A DNA stretch of 63,265 nucleotides, filler included, from Octopus bimaculoides (GCF_001194135.2; 3 parts of 3 records of this genome joined end to end with filler, not necessarily neighbours in it), one strand, 5' to 3'; positions 10,290 through 24,492 are shown, numbered from the whole stretch's first letter. A program made the numbers and translations. Notes: a model not told the origin generated them from the sequence alone.

Positions 10290-12258
10290 CTAGAAGAAAT
10301 ATGTAAATTATTATTATAATTAATGAAATAAGAAGATGAGGCAAAGAAAAAAAAATGGAGAGAATGGAGAATTGGAAAGAGTGATTACGGCTGAAAAGGA
10401 ACCGAACTCGAAGTGAATAAATAAGATCAAACCTCGTCTTAAATGGGTGACTTGTTTTTTATTTAGTTGCATCTTGTCTCATTGATTTTATTGTTACGTC
10501 GTACACAGCTAGTCATTGTTTTATAAATTGTATCATTGTGTTTTATTCTTAATCCCGTAGAAGTTTTGCTAATGTTTAGAGGAAATCTCAACGACATCAT
10601 GATGAAGTCTCATTTATATCATAATGAAGTCTCGTTGATATGATGTAGTCTCGTTGATGTTTCATCAATGTTTCCTTTACATGTCGGTAATATCTCATCA
10701 AAGCGGTTTAAGTCCAAGTAAAAATTGATCTAGAAAACTTGTGATCAACGGCATTCCAGCCACGACCATCCTGTCCTTTTGTATAAGTTTCTTTAAAGAT
10801 GGCATTGCCATTTGAGAGAATTTAGCTGCTCCTAATAACAGGATTGTGATATGATCGAGGGTCATTCGTTGGCTTGTGTCTCTTCATATATTTTTGTTAT
10901 ATTGTTTCTCTTCGCTCTTCCTCCGCATCTATTTCTCTCAATATGTCCATCTGTCTTCCGTTATGTCAGTCAGCATCTGGTATCCAGTTGTTTCATTGTG
11001 TCCGGTTATCTCCCCTTGTCTCTCATGCTTGCCTGTTGTCTCCAGTTATCTTTCCTTGGCTCTCTCTCTCGCTCTTCTTCTGACCCCTCCCCTCATTGAA
11101 TGCCGCCATTGCCAACTGTCTCTTGCCATTTTATCTTTTCTGTATCGTCTTCTGTCATCACTAGGACAAGATTCGATCCTACTGCCGGAATCTTGAGCTT
11201 GTACCTTCTAACATGACCCTGGTTTAGCTAAAACATCGTAAACGAAAGTTGGTGAACGGAGACTGTGTGAGATTCTCTTGGAGGAACTGTTTTGATGTTA
11301 CACTTCATCAGCCGCCATATTGAACCCGACCACGTGGTCATTGCGTGTTTGTAGTGGAGTCAGCAGCTGTCAGCGACAGGACCCAGTTTTTGGTCTGCGG
11401 TTTGATGACTTTCTTTCTTCCCTGCCACCAGCCTCGTAGACCAATAAAAGAGACGTGGACGACGCTTTCCCTTCCGTGACCACACCAAANNNNNNNNNNN
11501 NNNNNNNNNNNNNNNNNNNNNNNNNNNNNNNNNNNNNNNNNNNNNNNNNNNNNNNNNNNNNNNNNNNNNNNNNNNNNNNNNNNNNNNNNNNNNNNNNNNN
11601 NNNNNNNNNNNNNNNNNNNNNNNNNNNNNNNNNNNNNNNNNNNNNNNNNNNNNNNNNNNNNNNNNNNNNNNNNNNNNNNNNNNNNNNNNNNNNNNNNNNN
11701 NNNNNNNNNNNNNNNNNNNNNNNNNNNNNNNNNNNNNNNNNNNNNNNNNNNNNNNNNNNNNNNNNNNNNNNNNNNNNNNNNNNNNNNNNNNNNNNNNNNN
11801 NNNNNNNNNNNNNNNNNNNNNNNNNNNNNNNNNNNNNNNNNNNNNNNNNNNNNNNNNNNNNNNNNNNNNNNNNNNNNNNNNNNNNNNNNNNNNNNNNNNN
11901 NNNNNNNNNNNNNNNNNNNNNNNNNNNNNNNNNNNNNNNNNNNNNNNNNNNNNNNNNNNNNNNNNNNNNNNNNNNNNNNNNNNNNNNNNNNNNNNNNNNN
12001 NNNNNNNNNNNNNNNNNNNNNNNNNNNNNNNNNNNNNNNNNNNNNNNNNNNNNNNNNNNNNNNNNNNNNNNNNNNNNNNNNNNNNNNNNNNNNNNNNNNN
12101 NNNNNNNNNNNNNNNNNNNNNNNNNNNNNNNNNNNNNNNNNNNNNNNNNNNNNNNNNNNNNNNNNNNNNNNNNNNNNNNNNNNNNNNNNNNNNNNNNNNN
12201 NNNNNNNNNNNNNNNNNNNNNNNNNNNNNNNNNNNNNNNNNNNNNNNNNNNNNNNNNG

Positions 12259-12530
12259 AATGTGGAATCTAAAAACAGAAACAATTCCTGTCATAGTAGG
12301 TGCCTTAGGTATAATAAAAAAATATTCAGACAAATACATAACAAAAATAGCAGGACTTACAAATATATATAACATACAGAAAATTGCACTACTGGGTACT
12401 GCACACATTCTACGCAAAACACTTTCAATACAGTAAACATAAGAGCACCACAGCAAACCACAGCACATACCCAAGGCGCACAGAGCTGCGCTCGGTTATG
12501 AAGTGAAAGCACGTTATAAAAATAAAACTA

Positions 12531-12585
<55 letters not shown>
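12259..12585 (+). mobile_element. 3' end of an R4/Dong-like (REL endonuclease) non-LTR retrotransposon with a (TAA)n tail
   Basis: Translates MWNLKTETIPVIVGALGIIKK...IQKIALLGTAHILRKTLSIQ*, followed by a 3' UTR and an (AAT)n tail. The 5' part lies in a gap. Confidence 0.85.
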
Positions 12586-12591
<6 letters not shown>

Positions 12592-13720
12592 TCCAGTTGT
12601 TATTTAGAGTTTCAATATGTTGACTGGAATATCAGCGAAATAAGGAAGACTGACAGGAAAATCCCTAAGCTGCTGACTTGCAATAAGTTGCACCACCCAA
12701 AGGCAGATGCAGATCGTCTTTACCTACCCAGAGCTGAAGGAGGTCGATGCCTGATCAAATTTGAAATATCTTACAAAAGAACCGCAATTAGACTGACTAA
12801 ACATCTTGAAACATCTAACGACTGGATGCTAAAACTCGTTGAAAACCACGAGAGACGTAAGAAGTTTCATTCTGCCATGAAGGAAAGCAACAACTTTGTT
12901 CGTGAGTTTATGCATAATACTCATGTTGAACAGTATGATGGAAGTGCAGCAACTGTAGTCGTAATCAAAGTGAAATCAATAGCAAAGCAAAACACGCTTG
13001 AGCTATTGGCTGATGGGTAGAAACGAAAACCTCTGCATAGCTAATGTTTGGCCAGTAGCAAACAAGCCGATGTAGACCAGAAGCACACCCATCAGTGGCT
13101 ATGGAGTTCTGGGCTAAAGACAGAGAATAAAGGCTTTATCTTAGCTGCTCAAGATAAGAGCTTATTGACCCGGAACTATCAAGCCAATGTGATGAAAAAT
13201 GGAGTAGACCCAAAGTGCCGATACTGAAACGATGAGATTGAAACAGTGGACCACCTAATCTCTGGATGTAAGGTTTCAGCACCAGTAGAATATAAATCCA
13301 GACACGATAGAGTTGGCCAATATCTACACTGGTTAATATGTCAGCATTATAAAAGCAAAACTGCTGACAAATGGTACAAGCACCACCCTGAGGCTGCAAC
13401 TGAGGGAGAGAATGTCAAGAGTCTTTGGGACTTCCCAGTACATACAGGACGGACCGTCAAAGCTAATAGACCAGATATTGTTGTGAAAGACCAAAACAAT
13501 AAAATCTGTTTATTGATTGACATGAACATTCCTTGTGATTATAAGATATTGGCAAAAGAATTTGATAAGCTCAGAAAATATAAAGATTTGCTCATCGAAA
13601 TAAAAAAAAATGTGGCATCTCAAGATGGTTACAATACCAGTGATTGTAGGAGCACTTGGAATGATTAAAACAGGGACTGAAAATTATTTCAGAATGATCC
13701 CTGGCTCATCATCCGTACAG
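12586..13720 (+). mobile_element. 5'-truncated, disrupted R4/Dong-like LINE (RT C-terminus, CCHC knuckle, REL nuclease)
   Basis: DRLYLPRAEGGR; KC..*NDEIETVDHLISGC (CCHC knuckle with one Cys turned to a stop); NRPDIVVKD...LLIDMNIP (PD..D); KLRKYKDL; IPVIVGALG. Contains stops and frameshifts. Confidence 0.9.
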
Positions 13721-13880
13721 GAAGTGCATTTCGTCCGTCTTTACGTTCTGAGTTCAAATTCCACCGGGGTCAACTTTGCCTTTCATCCTTTTAGGGTCGA
13801 CAAAGTACCAGTTGAACACTGGTTTCGATGTAGTCGACTTTCCCGAAGCTGCTGGTCTTGTGTCAATATTTGAAACCAAT
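13721..13880 (+). mobile_element. SINE family C (Deu/Nin-domain-like), truncating the LINE
   Basis: TTCTGAGTTCAAATTCC...GTCAACTTTGCCTTTCATCCTTTTAGGGTCGACAAAGTACCAG. Confidence 0.75.
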
Positions 13881-15369
13881 TTATATGAAACATATATCTA
13901 ATATGCGTTAGATAAATATTTTTATCCTGTAAAACTTCAGTCTATAAACATGGAGCTGGTGTTGGGATCGTTGGCGAGGAGAACTCATTTCAGTTCGCAT
14001 AAACCTAAGTTTATAAAGAAAAAGATTTTTTTCAAAAGGAAAACTGATTCCACCCAGTTACATCCTTTGCACTTCTGGGTTGATGAAATAAGTACCAATT
14101 ATATCTCTCATACAAAACATTCAAGTCTTCCGTTCAAATTGGCGACAAAGAAACCCTCAATTCACTGCAGTAGGGACTTCACTGTTTCTCTATTCAAATA
14201 TCTTCGGGGTCAACCTGCATTTCATTCCTGAAGGGTTGATATTGGGATCAATTCGGTATTAAGAACCAACAGCAACAGCAACAACAGCAAAAATAGTCAA
14301 AGTGTGATAATGACAACACAAAGAAGAGCGAAACTGATGCCAATAAGCGATAGCAACCACCAGAAAGAAAGAGGAAGAGCAGTAAATTCGCAACACAGCA
14401 CAAACAATAGCAACATTAACAACAAACGGAAAAATACAAAAAACAAAACAAAACAATAGCAATAACGATATTAACGTGCCACAACAACAACAACAAGAAC
14501 AAAAACAACATCTAAAAACAAACAGCAACAAACAATTGAGAGCAACTGTAACAATAATATAACAGCCAATAACAACATTATTGACAACAAAAAACGTAAA
14601 ATAACAATAATAACACGGCCATCACCATCACCAGTTGCAGCAGTAACAACAACAACAACAACGAACAAAATAGGTTTAAACCAACAAAAATAACAACAAA
14701 ATAAAAGTAATAACAACAAAGACGAAGACAGTTAAAAAACCTCCCCGTTCTTTCCCCGCACCAAAACAGAAAAGGAAAAAAAAAAATTAAAAACAAAACA
14801 CCCAGCAGCCACAGTCTGCAGCTCCCCCCCCATCTCGTATCATTAACATAAAATAAAAAGAAATAAACCAAACAAAACAACAAACTATAAAATGTTTTCC
14901 GATTGGTCCCAAAACGATAAAAGATGGCGTCTTAACTGATTTACTATTGATTGTTAAATTGTTTCTGTTTGCTATTCAAACAGGGAATCGATTGTTAATG
15001 GAAGAGGAGGGGGTCGTTACATTGTTGTACATAATGTTGTAGTTGTTTAACCCCAGGTCAGTTGTGACGGAGGAAACCCATGATCAAAGGCGTTCCCAAC
15101 GTTGACCATCACGTCTTTTTGTACATCTTGGACTCTATTGTCCAATGTGACTCCTTTGAATCAAGTCTTACCGTGATTACTCGACCGTCTACGAATAGCA
15201 GGTCGAATGGCCCCACAGAAGAAGCTGAACGAGGAGTCAATGTGATGGTCAAGGGAAGAGTGTTTGTTGTAGTGGTTGAGAGAGTCGTCATTAGCTTAAA
15301 CTCAGTGTCGGGGTTGAGGGTGCAATCGTTGTATGCTGTAGTGTTTGACGGACAAGTCCTTAATTGTAA

Positions 15370-15745
15370 TATGATGCATTCGTTAACTCTTACATCAATG
15401 GGAGCGGCGATTAACTGCTGATATTGTTCTTTTCCTCTTCCCCAATCATATCTGGTCTCCTTGCTTTACTGATAATTTTCTATGAAATTCCATAAAATCC
15501 CGAAAGTGTCATCTATCAACACAGCCTCTGCTTCGTGTTCTCACCACTTTTCCATCATTGGAAATTCACGAACTTGTTTACCATCCCAATGCACTCTTTT
15601 ACTAATGCAGCCAGGCCCGCGTTTATACTCCTTTTGTGCTAGCTTACTACGCTCGCGTTGAAGATTATTAATGCTTTCGTCTCTTTCCCTACACTTTCTG
15701 TATTTGCTATTTGGCTGAGCTTTACCAATCACTGTCTAATTTCTT
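15370..15745 (-). mobile_element. Degraded R4/Dong-like LINE fragment (knuckle/REL region)
   Basis: SKYRKCRERDESI..., LAQKEYK, RVHW, ARRPDMIG and LIAAPIDVRVNE, collinear with the 13200-13560 element. Confidence 0.6.
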
Positions 15746-16029
15746 GTTCCTGAGTGGCTTTAATTAACGATTCAATTTTTCGTTTATGTCAAATTGGTAG
15801 AGCTCCTCGCTAGCACTTCTAAGTCAGGGACTTCTGGAAATAATCCATTGTAATCACCAGCCTCAAAGTCCCTTGAAACAGACCGGCTAGTTCATTATAG
15901 TCGTACCTAGAGTTCTTACCCACCACTAGTTCTCTCTATATTGCTAAAGTGGAATTTCTACCAAATACATTGCGTGGCTACGAGTGGTTGGTAAGCGCCT
16001 GACGACATTACAGATACTAATAATGAATT

Positions 16030-16240
16030 ATTTATATTCGTTAGAGCATCAGAAGAAATGCTCTGCGGTATTTTATCTTGGCGCTTCACGTTCTGAGATC
16101 AACTCTGTCCGAGGTCAACTTTGCCTATCAACCTTTCAGGGTCGATAAAACAAGAACCAGTCGAGTACTAGAATCGATCTAATCGACTTGCTCCTTCACC
16201 CAAAATTCCAAGCCTTGTACTTTTTGTAGAAAGAATTATA
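16030..16240 (+). mobile_element. SINE family C
   Basis: CCGAGGTCAACTTTGCCTATCAACCTTTCAGGGTCGATAAAACAAGAACCAG...GATCTAATCGAC. Confidence 0.75.
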
Positions 16241-16254
16241 TTTATTGTTATAAC

Positions 16255-16560
16255 TATTGCAGGCATCCCTTTCGAGCTGTGATAAGGAAGAGCTGTGTCG
16301 GTCTATGCAGATGACGAAACCTTGATGGTGTGTCGGACACCACGAAGGTGGAAGTAGTCAGCTAACAAAGTTGGAATTAATGACAGGAGCAAAGATAATT
16401 CTGGACAAAACGATGGACTTTCGGTTTGGCACCGGGAGAGGCAAGTCTTTGCCGTTGATCAGCAGAGTAGATTGCTGGACAGACGAATCAGTTTAATTGC
16501 TCAGGATCTAGTTTGGTCCGAATTTCAAGTGGGATGCGGTTACGAGCAGGAAGTTCAGTT
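16255..16560 (+). mobile_element. L1/Tx1-like LINE reverse transcriptase fragment
   Basis: AVSVYADDETL (YADD motif), then after a frameshift TGAKIILDKTMDFRFGTGRGKS...WTDESV*LLRI*FGP. Confidence 0.75.
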
Positions 16561-17013
16561 TAACTCAGAAATGGGATGAGAGGAAGCTATCCCTGGAAAG
16601 CTGGGGGGGNNNNNNNNNNNNNNNNNNNNNNNNNNNNNNNNNNNNNNNNNNNNNNNNNNNNNGGGGGGGGGGTTCATACTGGTTTTGGCAGGACCACGAA
16701 GAATATGGGAATCCGATAAAAAGTAATTAATAGCAAAGGTCATTTGAGGGTATACTCAATGTGTAGATCTTATTTCTTGAGAAGGCAGGGGGCACTAACG
16801 TTTGCATAATTTAACAGCCATGGATTAAAGGTCTTGCATTTATGAACAAACCAGCAGCAGCAGCTGAAGGGATTGACTCAGCTCGGGAATAAATGTTTTA
16901 TGTCAGTTGTTTTTTGACGGACTGATTTCTGTGTTCACTTCTCGCGCGCATTTTCACTTTACCTTCCATCATTCCAGGATCGGTGTAACTAAAGTGAAAT
17001 AAAAGAGACAGAC

Positions 17014-17053
<40 letters not shown>

Positions 17054-18884
17054 TCCCAAGGATACACATATGTACATATCTTTTAAAAGGGGGTAAACCA
17101 ATAACACTTGGGGCCGAACGGTAGGCGGGGAGTTTTCCAAGAGTGCGGCTCATGTAAGCGAATGTCTTTAAAAGTTTGAAAATTTCACAATACTCTATGG
17201 TCAACTCAGGGTATTGTGACCAGTGTACAGAAGAGAAATTTATCAATATTATTCCCTGGACGTAAATTTATTGCCAGAAATGATTTTCTTAAAGATTTGG
17301 CACAAATTCTCTTTAATTAGGTAAACCTGTTTACGAGAATTAGAATTGTCACAGCGAAGACTATAAGAAGATTAGTATTTGCAGTGGATTCGAACTGCAA
17401 ACCTAAGGGTCCAACAGTTTATTTGGTGTTTACTTTTGTGAGTATATAAACTGTAAAGTGTTTGAGTGTGTGAAATAGGAAGGGAAGACAACACAGGAGA
17501 GGAGAGACAGAGTGTCATTGGATAATGGTGTTCGGAATGGAATGAATAACAATAAAGTTTGTGGTAGTAGAACAGGAGACCGGTTGGTTGGTATTGAGAG
17601 GCAGGTGTAGGGATCGGTTGATGGTGAAGCGGAAACGAACCAGAATCAGATTCTATTGCAGACAATATATATATATATATATATATATTTACTCGACAGA
17701 GATATAAAGTAAGAACAAAATAGAGAAAAAGACCCAGTCTTTTCACAAATAAATAACTGCCATAGTTGTCACTCGATGTATGCAGCTAAAATGGTTTCTA
17801 TTAATGTATGATGGAGGTTGACAGGTGGCGACACCTAACCAGGTTTGAGGGAAGGGTGCTGGCGTCGGAGAGAAATAATTCAACTTCATCAATAATACAA
17901 ATTGCCCCACAATTTTGTTATCCTTCTTTCTTTTCTTCCTAGCTTATTCTACTTCATCATGGACCCTATTTCAACCCCCCCACACCTTATTTAGCTTTTC
18001 TTCTCTTACCTCACTTTTTTTTTTACTCTTTCCGTTTATCCTTCTAAATCTGTCATTGTGTCATTTAGTTTTTCAGTCTCTCTTACTTTCCGTTCTTTCG
18101 ATATCTTTTTCTCTTCTTTTTTCTTCCTCACCATTCTCCTAATCTGTTTCTCCTCTAATCTACGTCTTTTCTCGTATCTTTCTTCGTTTCACTACCTTAT
18201 TTTCCTTTCTTTTCTCTCCACTCCGTTTTTGTATTCCTCAAATGTTCATGCTTTCTTTCAACTTCCTCACTTTCTTCTTCTTCTTCTTCTTCTAGTCACC
18301 TTCCACCCGTTCACCCTCCCTCATCCTTTACTCCCTTTCCTTTATCTTCTTCTCTCACACAACACCAGCCCTTCAAACCACTCATATAAAAGCACAAAAT
18401 ACACAAAAAGCCAAAAAAAAAAGAAAACAAAACAAAAAAAGCAAACAAGAAAAATACCTGAAGAAGTTAAAATAAATTCCTGACTTTCCTACTTTCATCC
18501 CAAACTCTTCTCCCAGCCCTTCTCCTACACCTCTTGCTTAATGAATATTAATGAGCACTTGCGTCTATCGATCCCAATGACTTGAATCATTGTAACCAAG
18601 GGAGACGAACGAAAAATTCTAATAAAACGCGAAAAATCACCGAGACTTACTTGGGCCAATATCTGATTTAAAATGGCGGATGGAGATAGATTCGGAAAGA
18701 TTGGTTGGTTGACTGGTCGGTCGGTGGGTCTGCTGGTTGGCGGACTCGGTTGACAGTAGTAGTAGCAGTAGCAGTAGTAGTAATGGTGGAAGGTGCGATG
18801 GTGGAGGTGGTGAGAGTAATGTATACATTGACGTTATGGGAATTTGATATGGTGAAGGGAGTGACGGTGATGGCAGGAGTGATA

Positions 18885-18995
18885 AAGGCGTTGGGAGTAG
18901 AGGGAGTGGTGGGAGTAGAGGAAGTGGCGGGAGTAGAGGGAGAGGTGGGAGTAGAATGAGTGGCGGCAGTAGAGGTAGCAGTGGGAGTAGAGGGA
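18885..18995 (+). repeat. Degenerate 18-bp minisatellite (GGGAGTAGAGGGAGTGGT)n
   Basis: About six imperfect units visible. Confidence 0.8.
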
Positions 18996-19476
18996 ACGGT
19001 AGCAGTGACTGTGGTCTATTGGACGGGATATTTGTGGGGACGAGTGTAGTTTTGGTGGTGGCGGTGGTGATGGTAGCAAGGTTCCTGGTGGAGGGGAAGG
19101 NNNNNNNNNNNNNNNNNNNNNNNNNNNNNNNNNNNNNNNNNNNNNNNNNNNNNNNNNNNNNNNNNNNNNNNNNNNNNNNNNNNNNNNNNNNNNNNNNNNN
19201 NNNNNNNNNNNNNNNNNNNNNNNNNNNNNNNNNNNNNNNNNNNNNNNNNNNNNNNNNNNNNNNNNNNNNNNNNNNNNNNNNNNNNNNNNNNNNNNNNNNN
19301 NNNNNNNNNNNNNNNNNNNNNNNNNNNNNNNNNNNNNNNNNNNNNNNNNNNNNNNNNNNNNNNNNNNNNNNNNNNNNNNNTATATATAGTTATATGATGG
19401 GGAGGATGAATATATTAGTGGTAGGAAATAAATATTTGTGTTGTTATCATTGACAGTTTCCACCAGACGAGGTACG

Positions 19477-19520
<44 letters not shown>

Positions 19521-20744
19521 TACGCTCATCCACCTCCCCCCACACGCACATTCACGCGTGATGGTATATTTTGGTAGAGCCAAGTTGGTTATTTAAATGA
19601 CACCAGCACTAATATTATTTCGTTTTTATAATTAGAAATATATCAAATCCCTTCGTTGTATATTCACAACCTAATCATTAGTCCACTCCACTCGCTATAC
19701 ATACATACATACATACATACAAACATACATACATACATACATACATACATACAAACAGACAGACAGACAGACATACAGACACTGAATTTCCTTGAGAACT
19801 ACGTTAAGGGTGCACACGTGTCTGTGGAGTACTCAGCCACTTGCACGTTAATTTCACGAGCAGACTATTTCGTTGATCAGATCGACTGGAACACTCGTCG
19901 TTGTAACCGATGGAATGCTAGCAGTATTTTCAGCTCACATTTTCTTTTTTTTGGTACGAGGTGGGGCGAAGTTACCGAGTTGATTATGTCAACTCCAATG
20001 CTGCACTAGTATTTTATAAGCCCCCCAAAATGAATGTTGACTCGGGTAGGATTTGAACGTTAAACGTCAAGAGGAAACAACTAAAATTACGAAAGCCTTT
20101 TTGCTCCTTGCCCACCAGTTTTGTCATTGATCAATTGTCAGATGACCGAGTTAATTGTTTGACTGTTCTTGCTCAGATATGTCTGTCAACAGGAGCAAGC
20201 TTAATGCTTTATGCATGAAACTAGTGGTAACTGACTCTTCTTCGAGTCACAAGCAATGGGAAGTTTTGCAGTGGCTGCTTTCAACTGGGAATCATTTCAT
20301 TATATAATACTTATTTACAGTTAAATAGATTGAGAACAGGGGATACTGGCCGGGAAATAAACATGATGCCATACCGATAAGATGAAACGAACAGGGGAAA
20401 ATAAATTAGAAATTTAGTGGAGTTGCAAAAAGAAAAAAAGAAGAAAAAAGATAAAAGGAAAAGAAAAAATCATTCATACTTTAAGAATTCTACTCGTAAC
20501 CAAAGCAGAAATCCTTGCCAACCAAAATATCTCTTCATAGTTTTCTGACAAAAGACATTATTGGAACCTGTAAAGTCCTAATTTACCTTTAATGGCACCA
20601 ATTAGATAACAATGAATAACAATGAAGACGGACCATCGCGATGACCCGCAAAGCCGACACGTCTGCTGTCTTTTGTAAATCCTTTTACTTTCACATTTCT
20701 CTTACATTAATTTGAATTTTGATAACTTCGATTATTCTATCGAT

Positions 20745-20746
20745 TA

Positions 20747-20781
<35 letters not shown>

Positions 20782-20803
20782 GATCTATCTATCTGTCTAT
20801 CTG

Positions 20804-20870
<67 letters not shown>

Positions 20871-21063
20871 GTCTGCCTATGTGTGTCTATGTATCTATCT
20901 ATCTGTGTATGTGTCTGTCTATCTATCTGTCTATCAAACGTTTTCGTTCTCCCTCTAGTTAATTATCTGTCTGTATATCTATCGATCCCTCCAGAATGCC
21001 TTTCTTTCTTTCTCCCTTTCTTTCGTTCTCCCTTTCTTTCTTTCTCCCTTTCTTTCTTTCTCC

Positions 21064-21142
<79 letters not shown>

Positions 21143-21180
21143 TCTCTCTCTCCCTCTCTCTCTTTCTCTCTCTCCATCTG
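20745..21180 (+). repeat. Compound (TCTA)n / (TTTC)n / (TC)n microsatellite
   Basis: Directly visible. Confidence 0.95.
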
Positions 21181-21249
21181 TCTCTATGTCACCACCTAGC
21201 TTCCAATCGTTGGCCACACTCCTGACAACGTCAAACAAATCGATGAATA

Positions 21250-21410
21250 TTCATGAGATGCTTCTTTGGACCGGACGCGTACCACTTAATATCCGGACTT
21301 CATAATGTTGGACAATTCCACTTCAATTCTGCAATGGCTTTCTTTTTAATGACTTTGCTAGAACATGTGTCTCTGCAAATCCATTCTCTCTATTGGACAT
21401 GGACAACCGA
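21250..21410 (-). mobile_element. Possible highly degraded mariner transposase fragment
   Basis: RDTCSSKVIKKKAIAELKWNCPTL*SPD loosely resembles the mariner HDNARPH..K.TK.KL.ELGWE.LPHPPYSPD segment. Confidence 0.3.
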
Positions 21411-21543
21411 TTTCGTGCTACAGAGATTTTAATCGCTCACAGCCTATTATATAAAGACCTCCATCCTGCCTACACCCAGCCATCGTGGCCCACCTTCCAT
21501 CAATTTGCTTGCCTACTTTTACTTTTCTCATTAACATTGTCTA

Positions 21544-21599
<56 letters not shown>

Positions 21600-21811
21600 N
21601 NNNNNNNNNNNNNNNNNNNNNNNNNNNNNNNNNNNNNNNNNNNNNNNNNNNNNNNNNNNNNNNNNNNNNNNNNNNNNNNNNNNNNNNNNNNNNNNNNNNN
21701 NNNNNNNNNNNNNNNNNNNNNNNNNNNNNNNNNNNNNNNNNNNNNNNNNNNNNNNNNNNNNNNNNNNNNNNNNNNNNNNNNNNNNNNNNNNNNNNNNNNN
21801 NNNNNNNNNNN

Positions 21812-21842
<31 letters not shown>

Positions 21843-23707
21843 ACGTATATGAATATGCATGCATATATGCGTATGTGTGCGTGTGCTTATCCTTCTTTCA
21901 GTTTCTCTTTCACACATAAACACGTGTACACACAGACACACGCACGCACGCACGCACGCACACAGTTACTTTAAACACTCATTGAATCATGTTGATAGTG
22001 TTTGCATATAAATGGTAAATTGTATTTGTGTAGGTGCATATATGTACATGTGTGACTATGGATGTATATGCGTGAGTATGTATGTATATGCGTGAGTATG
22101 GATGTGTTATGAGTGAGGTTTAAGCAAGTATTAGCAAGTATTTACACCATACACACGCGTTTATATATGCATAGAAAAAACAAACACGCCTGCGCAAAAG
22201 CACACGCCGACACACAGACATATTACTACACACAATTTCATAATGACGTACACCATCCACAAATCGATGTAGAGACAGGCAAATTGAAGCCAAGGTACAA
22301 AAAACAAGACGCAACCAGTCAAACAGTGAAGTTGGATGCCAACGTGTGAAAAGCCTCAGGAGTTCCTGAAATACCACTGGTACTTCTTTCTAGACTGTCA
22401 GTCTATTCAGCTGCTAACTGACACCAACAGGGACACAATTCACTAATAAATTGTTGTCCGATCGGTTTATAAATCTGATGAAATAAATATTTGAAACAAT
22501 GTGTATTTTGTTTTATGGATCTCAGAAGAAGGAAAGATAAGTCGAAAGGACTTAAATTCGGGACGCAAACGAAATATCATTAAGCATTTTGGCGACGCTC
22601 TGATGCTTCTGCCAATCAAATACTCTCTCTGAGTAAAATTCAGGAGTCTAAAACTAAAAGTCTTGTGAAAAATAAGTGGAAGATAGTTTTAGAACTGCGG
22701 AGTAATGTCTTAAAGTAACAGACTCCATAGGTCAGATCAGACAAGTTTTATCCCCATTGCATGTAAATATGTTGGCTGACAACCTATAGGGAACCAGTAA
22801 AGCAACACTGGAATTTAAGGGTTTAAGGGCAGGGAATTAGCAGAAAAGAACGAGCACAAGTAAAAACAACTTTGTCTCAGTTGTGTTCTTCACTGTTTTG
22901 ATTTCTAATTCAATTTGTTCAATTGACTTCGGTCGGAATTCATGTGGGTCCTTAAAATGAGTTCCGATAATATATCAACGTTGATTCAATTTATTATCTT
23001 TCCATTTCTGTACTGAGTCAAAAGAAGGCAATATTCTGTCGATATTGGGACTAAAATGGCAGAATGGAAATAAATTTGAAATATTTTCGTAGACAAAACA
23101 GATTCAGATATTGAATTCAGGAACAGAAAATTACTTTATCGACTGCATTCTCGTTGTCTAATTTAAAATCGAAAATAATGATTGAATTATCGTTTTTTGA
23201 TTGTTAAAGGAATACAGCATTAGTTTATATTACCTGGCTGCACAACATGTTTCTTTTTGTAAAGATTTACATACTTATTTTTCAATATGTCGTCGTCGTT
23301 TGCAGCATTACCAGTGACAAATAAAGAAAAGTCAATTCTTTTAAAAAGAAATATAAATATTGGGAAGGTTTTTTTTCCGGACAAGTGTGGGGTAGTTAAG
23401 AGAGCAAATCGTTTGGTTGCCAGGATTTCACCAATAATCTTCCTAACATTCTATACCAATGTTTGAAGTGATAATTCTAATGTTTGGTCTCTGCCATCCC
23501 TAATTCAATATCATAGACTCTATCATTATTAGATTAAAAAATAAATAGAAATTTATTCATAGGACTTTCCGAATCATTAGCAGTACCTATTTTATTGCTA
23601 TTTGGTTACACGAAACCAATTAAACATCAAATGCGTCAAGATTTTTTTTCTAGTACAAAAATGAGATGATTCGATATAGCCCACATTTTGCAGAGCAATA
23701 ACATATC

Positions 23708-23758
<51 letters not shown>

Positions 23759-24439
23759 CAGTGATAATAATGTTTTCATATTTCTTCATATACTTCGCTG
23801 TTTTTTTACTTTTAATAATAAATTAACTTATCGGAGACGAGGAGTGTTACAATTGTATTAGAATATCTGAGATGTTATTATCAGCATATTTGACTAATTT
23901 ACCTTTTCAGATATTAACGACACTCCTTCCCCTCCCTAGATCTGGATATTGGGGATAATCTTTGAAAATGTGTCCCATGGCGACTGATTCTTTTCTTCAT
24001 ATTTCCAAGTCACTTCTCTCCTTTCGGAAAAAAAAAGAAACTTTATTCATTTTCTTTCCTGTTTTACATAAAAGCGACATTTTGACTGTTTGTTGTAGAA
24101 ATTATCGACATTTTTGTGCTTTAATGTCTCCACCTATCCTTCAAGGTTGACTGTATAAAACTGACAGCAGAGAAACTGTTTTTACACATACACATACGTA
24201 CACGAACGCATACACACACACACGCATCTACATTAATACACGTTAACGCGGAGAAATAATCTCGGTCGCATATTAAAGCGAAGATACATGAGCACGCGCG
24301 CGCACACGCATGCACGCTTGCCTGGATCCTTCATTCCACATCACGAGATGCGCAAAGACCTGCTATGTTTCCGTACAGCAACCACGGAAGAGCGAATGCA
24401 TCACACTCAAGTTTCAGAAACATGCATGTATACAACCCA

Positions 24440-24492
<53 letters not shown>

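Noticed and set aside
15080-15421. Overlapping open frames on both strands (113 aa plus strand, about 100 codons minus strand)
   Set aside because: No recognisable domain. It abuts a decayed LINE and ends in an ACCTGGGGTTAAACAAC tail also seen near 50385, so it is probably a retroelement 3' remnant.
16610-16661. N gap of 52 nt, equal to the expected length of the missing VMAT exon
   Set aside because: It is flanked by G homopolymers with no room for splice signals, so this is coincidence.
20350-20400. Minus-strand LIGM peptide as a candidate TM9 exon
   Set aside because: No AG acceptor or GT donor, and no further similarity.
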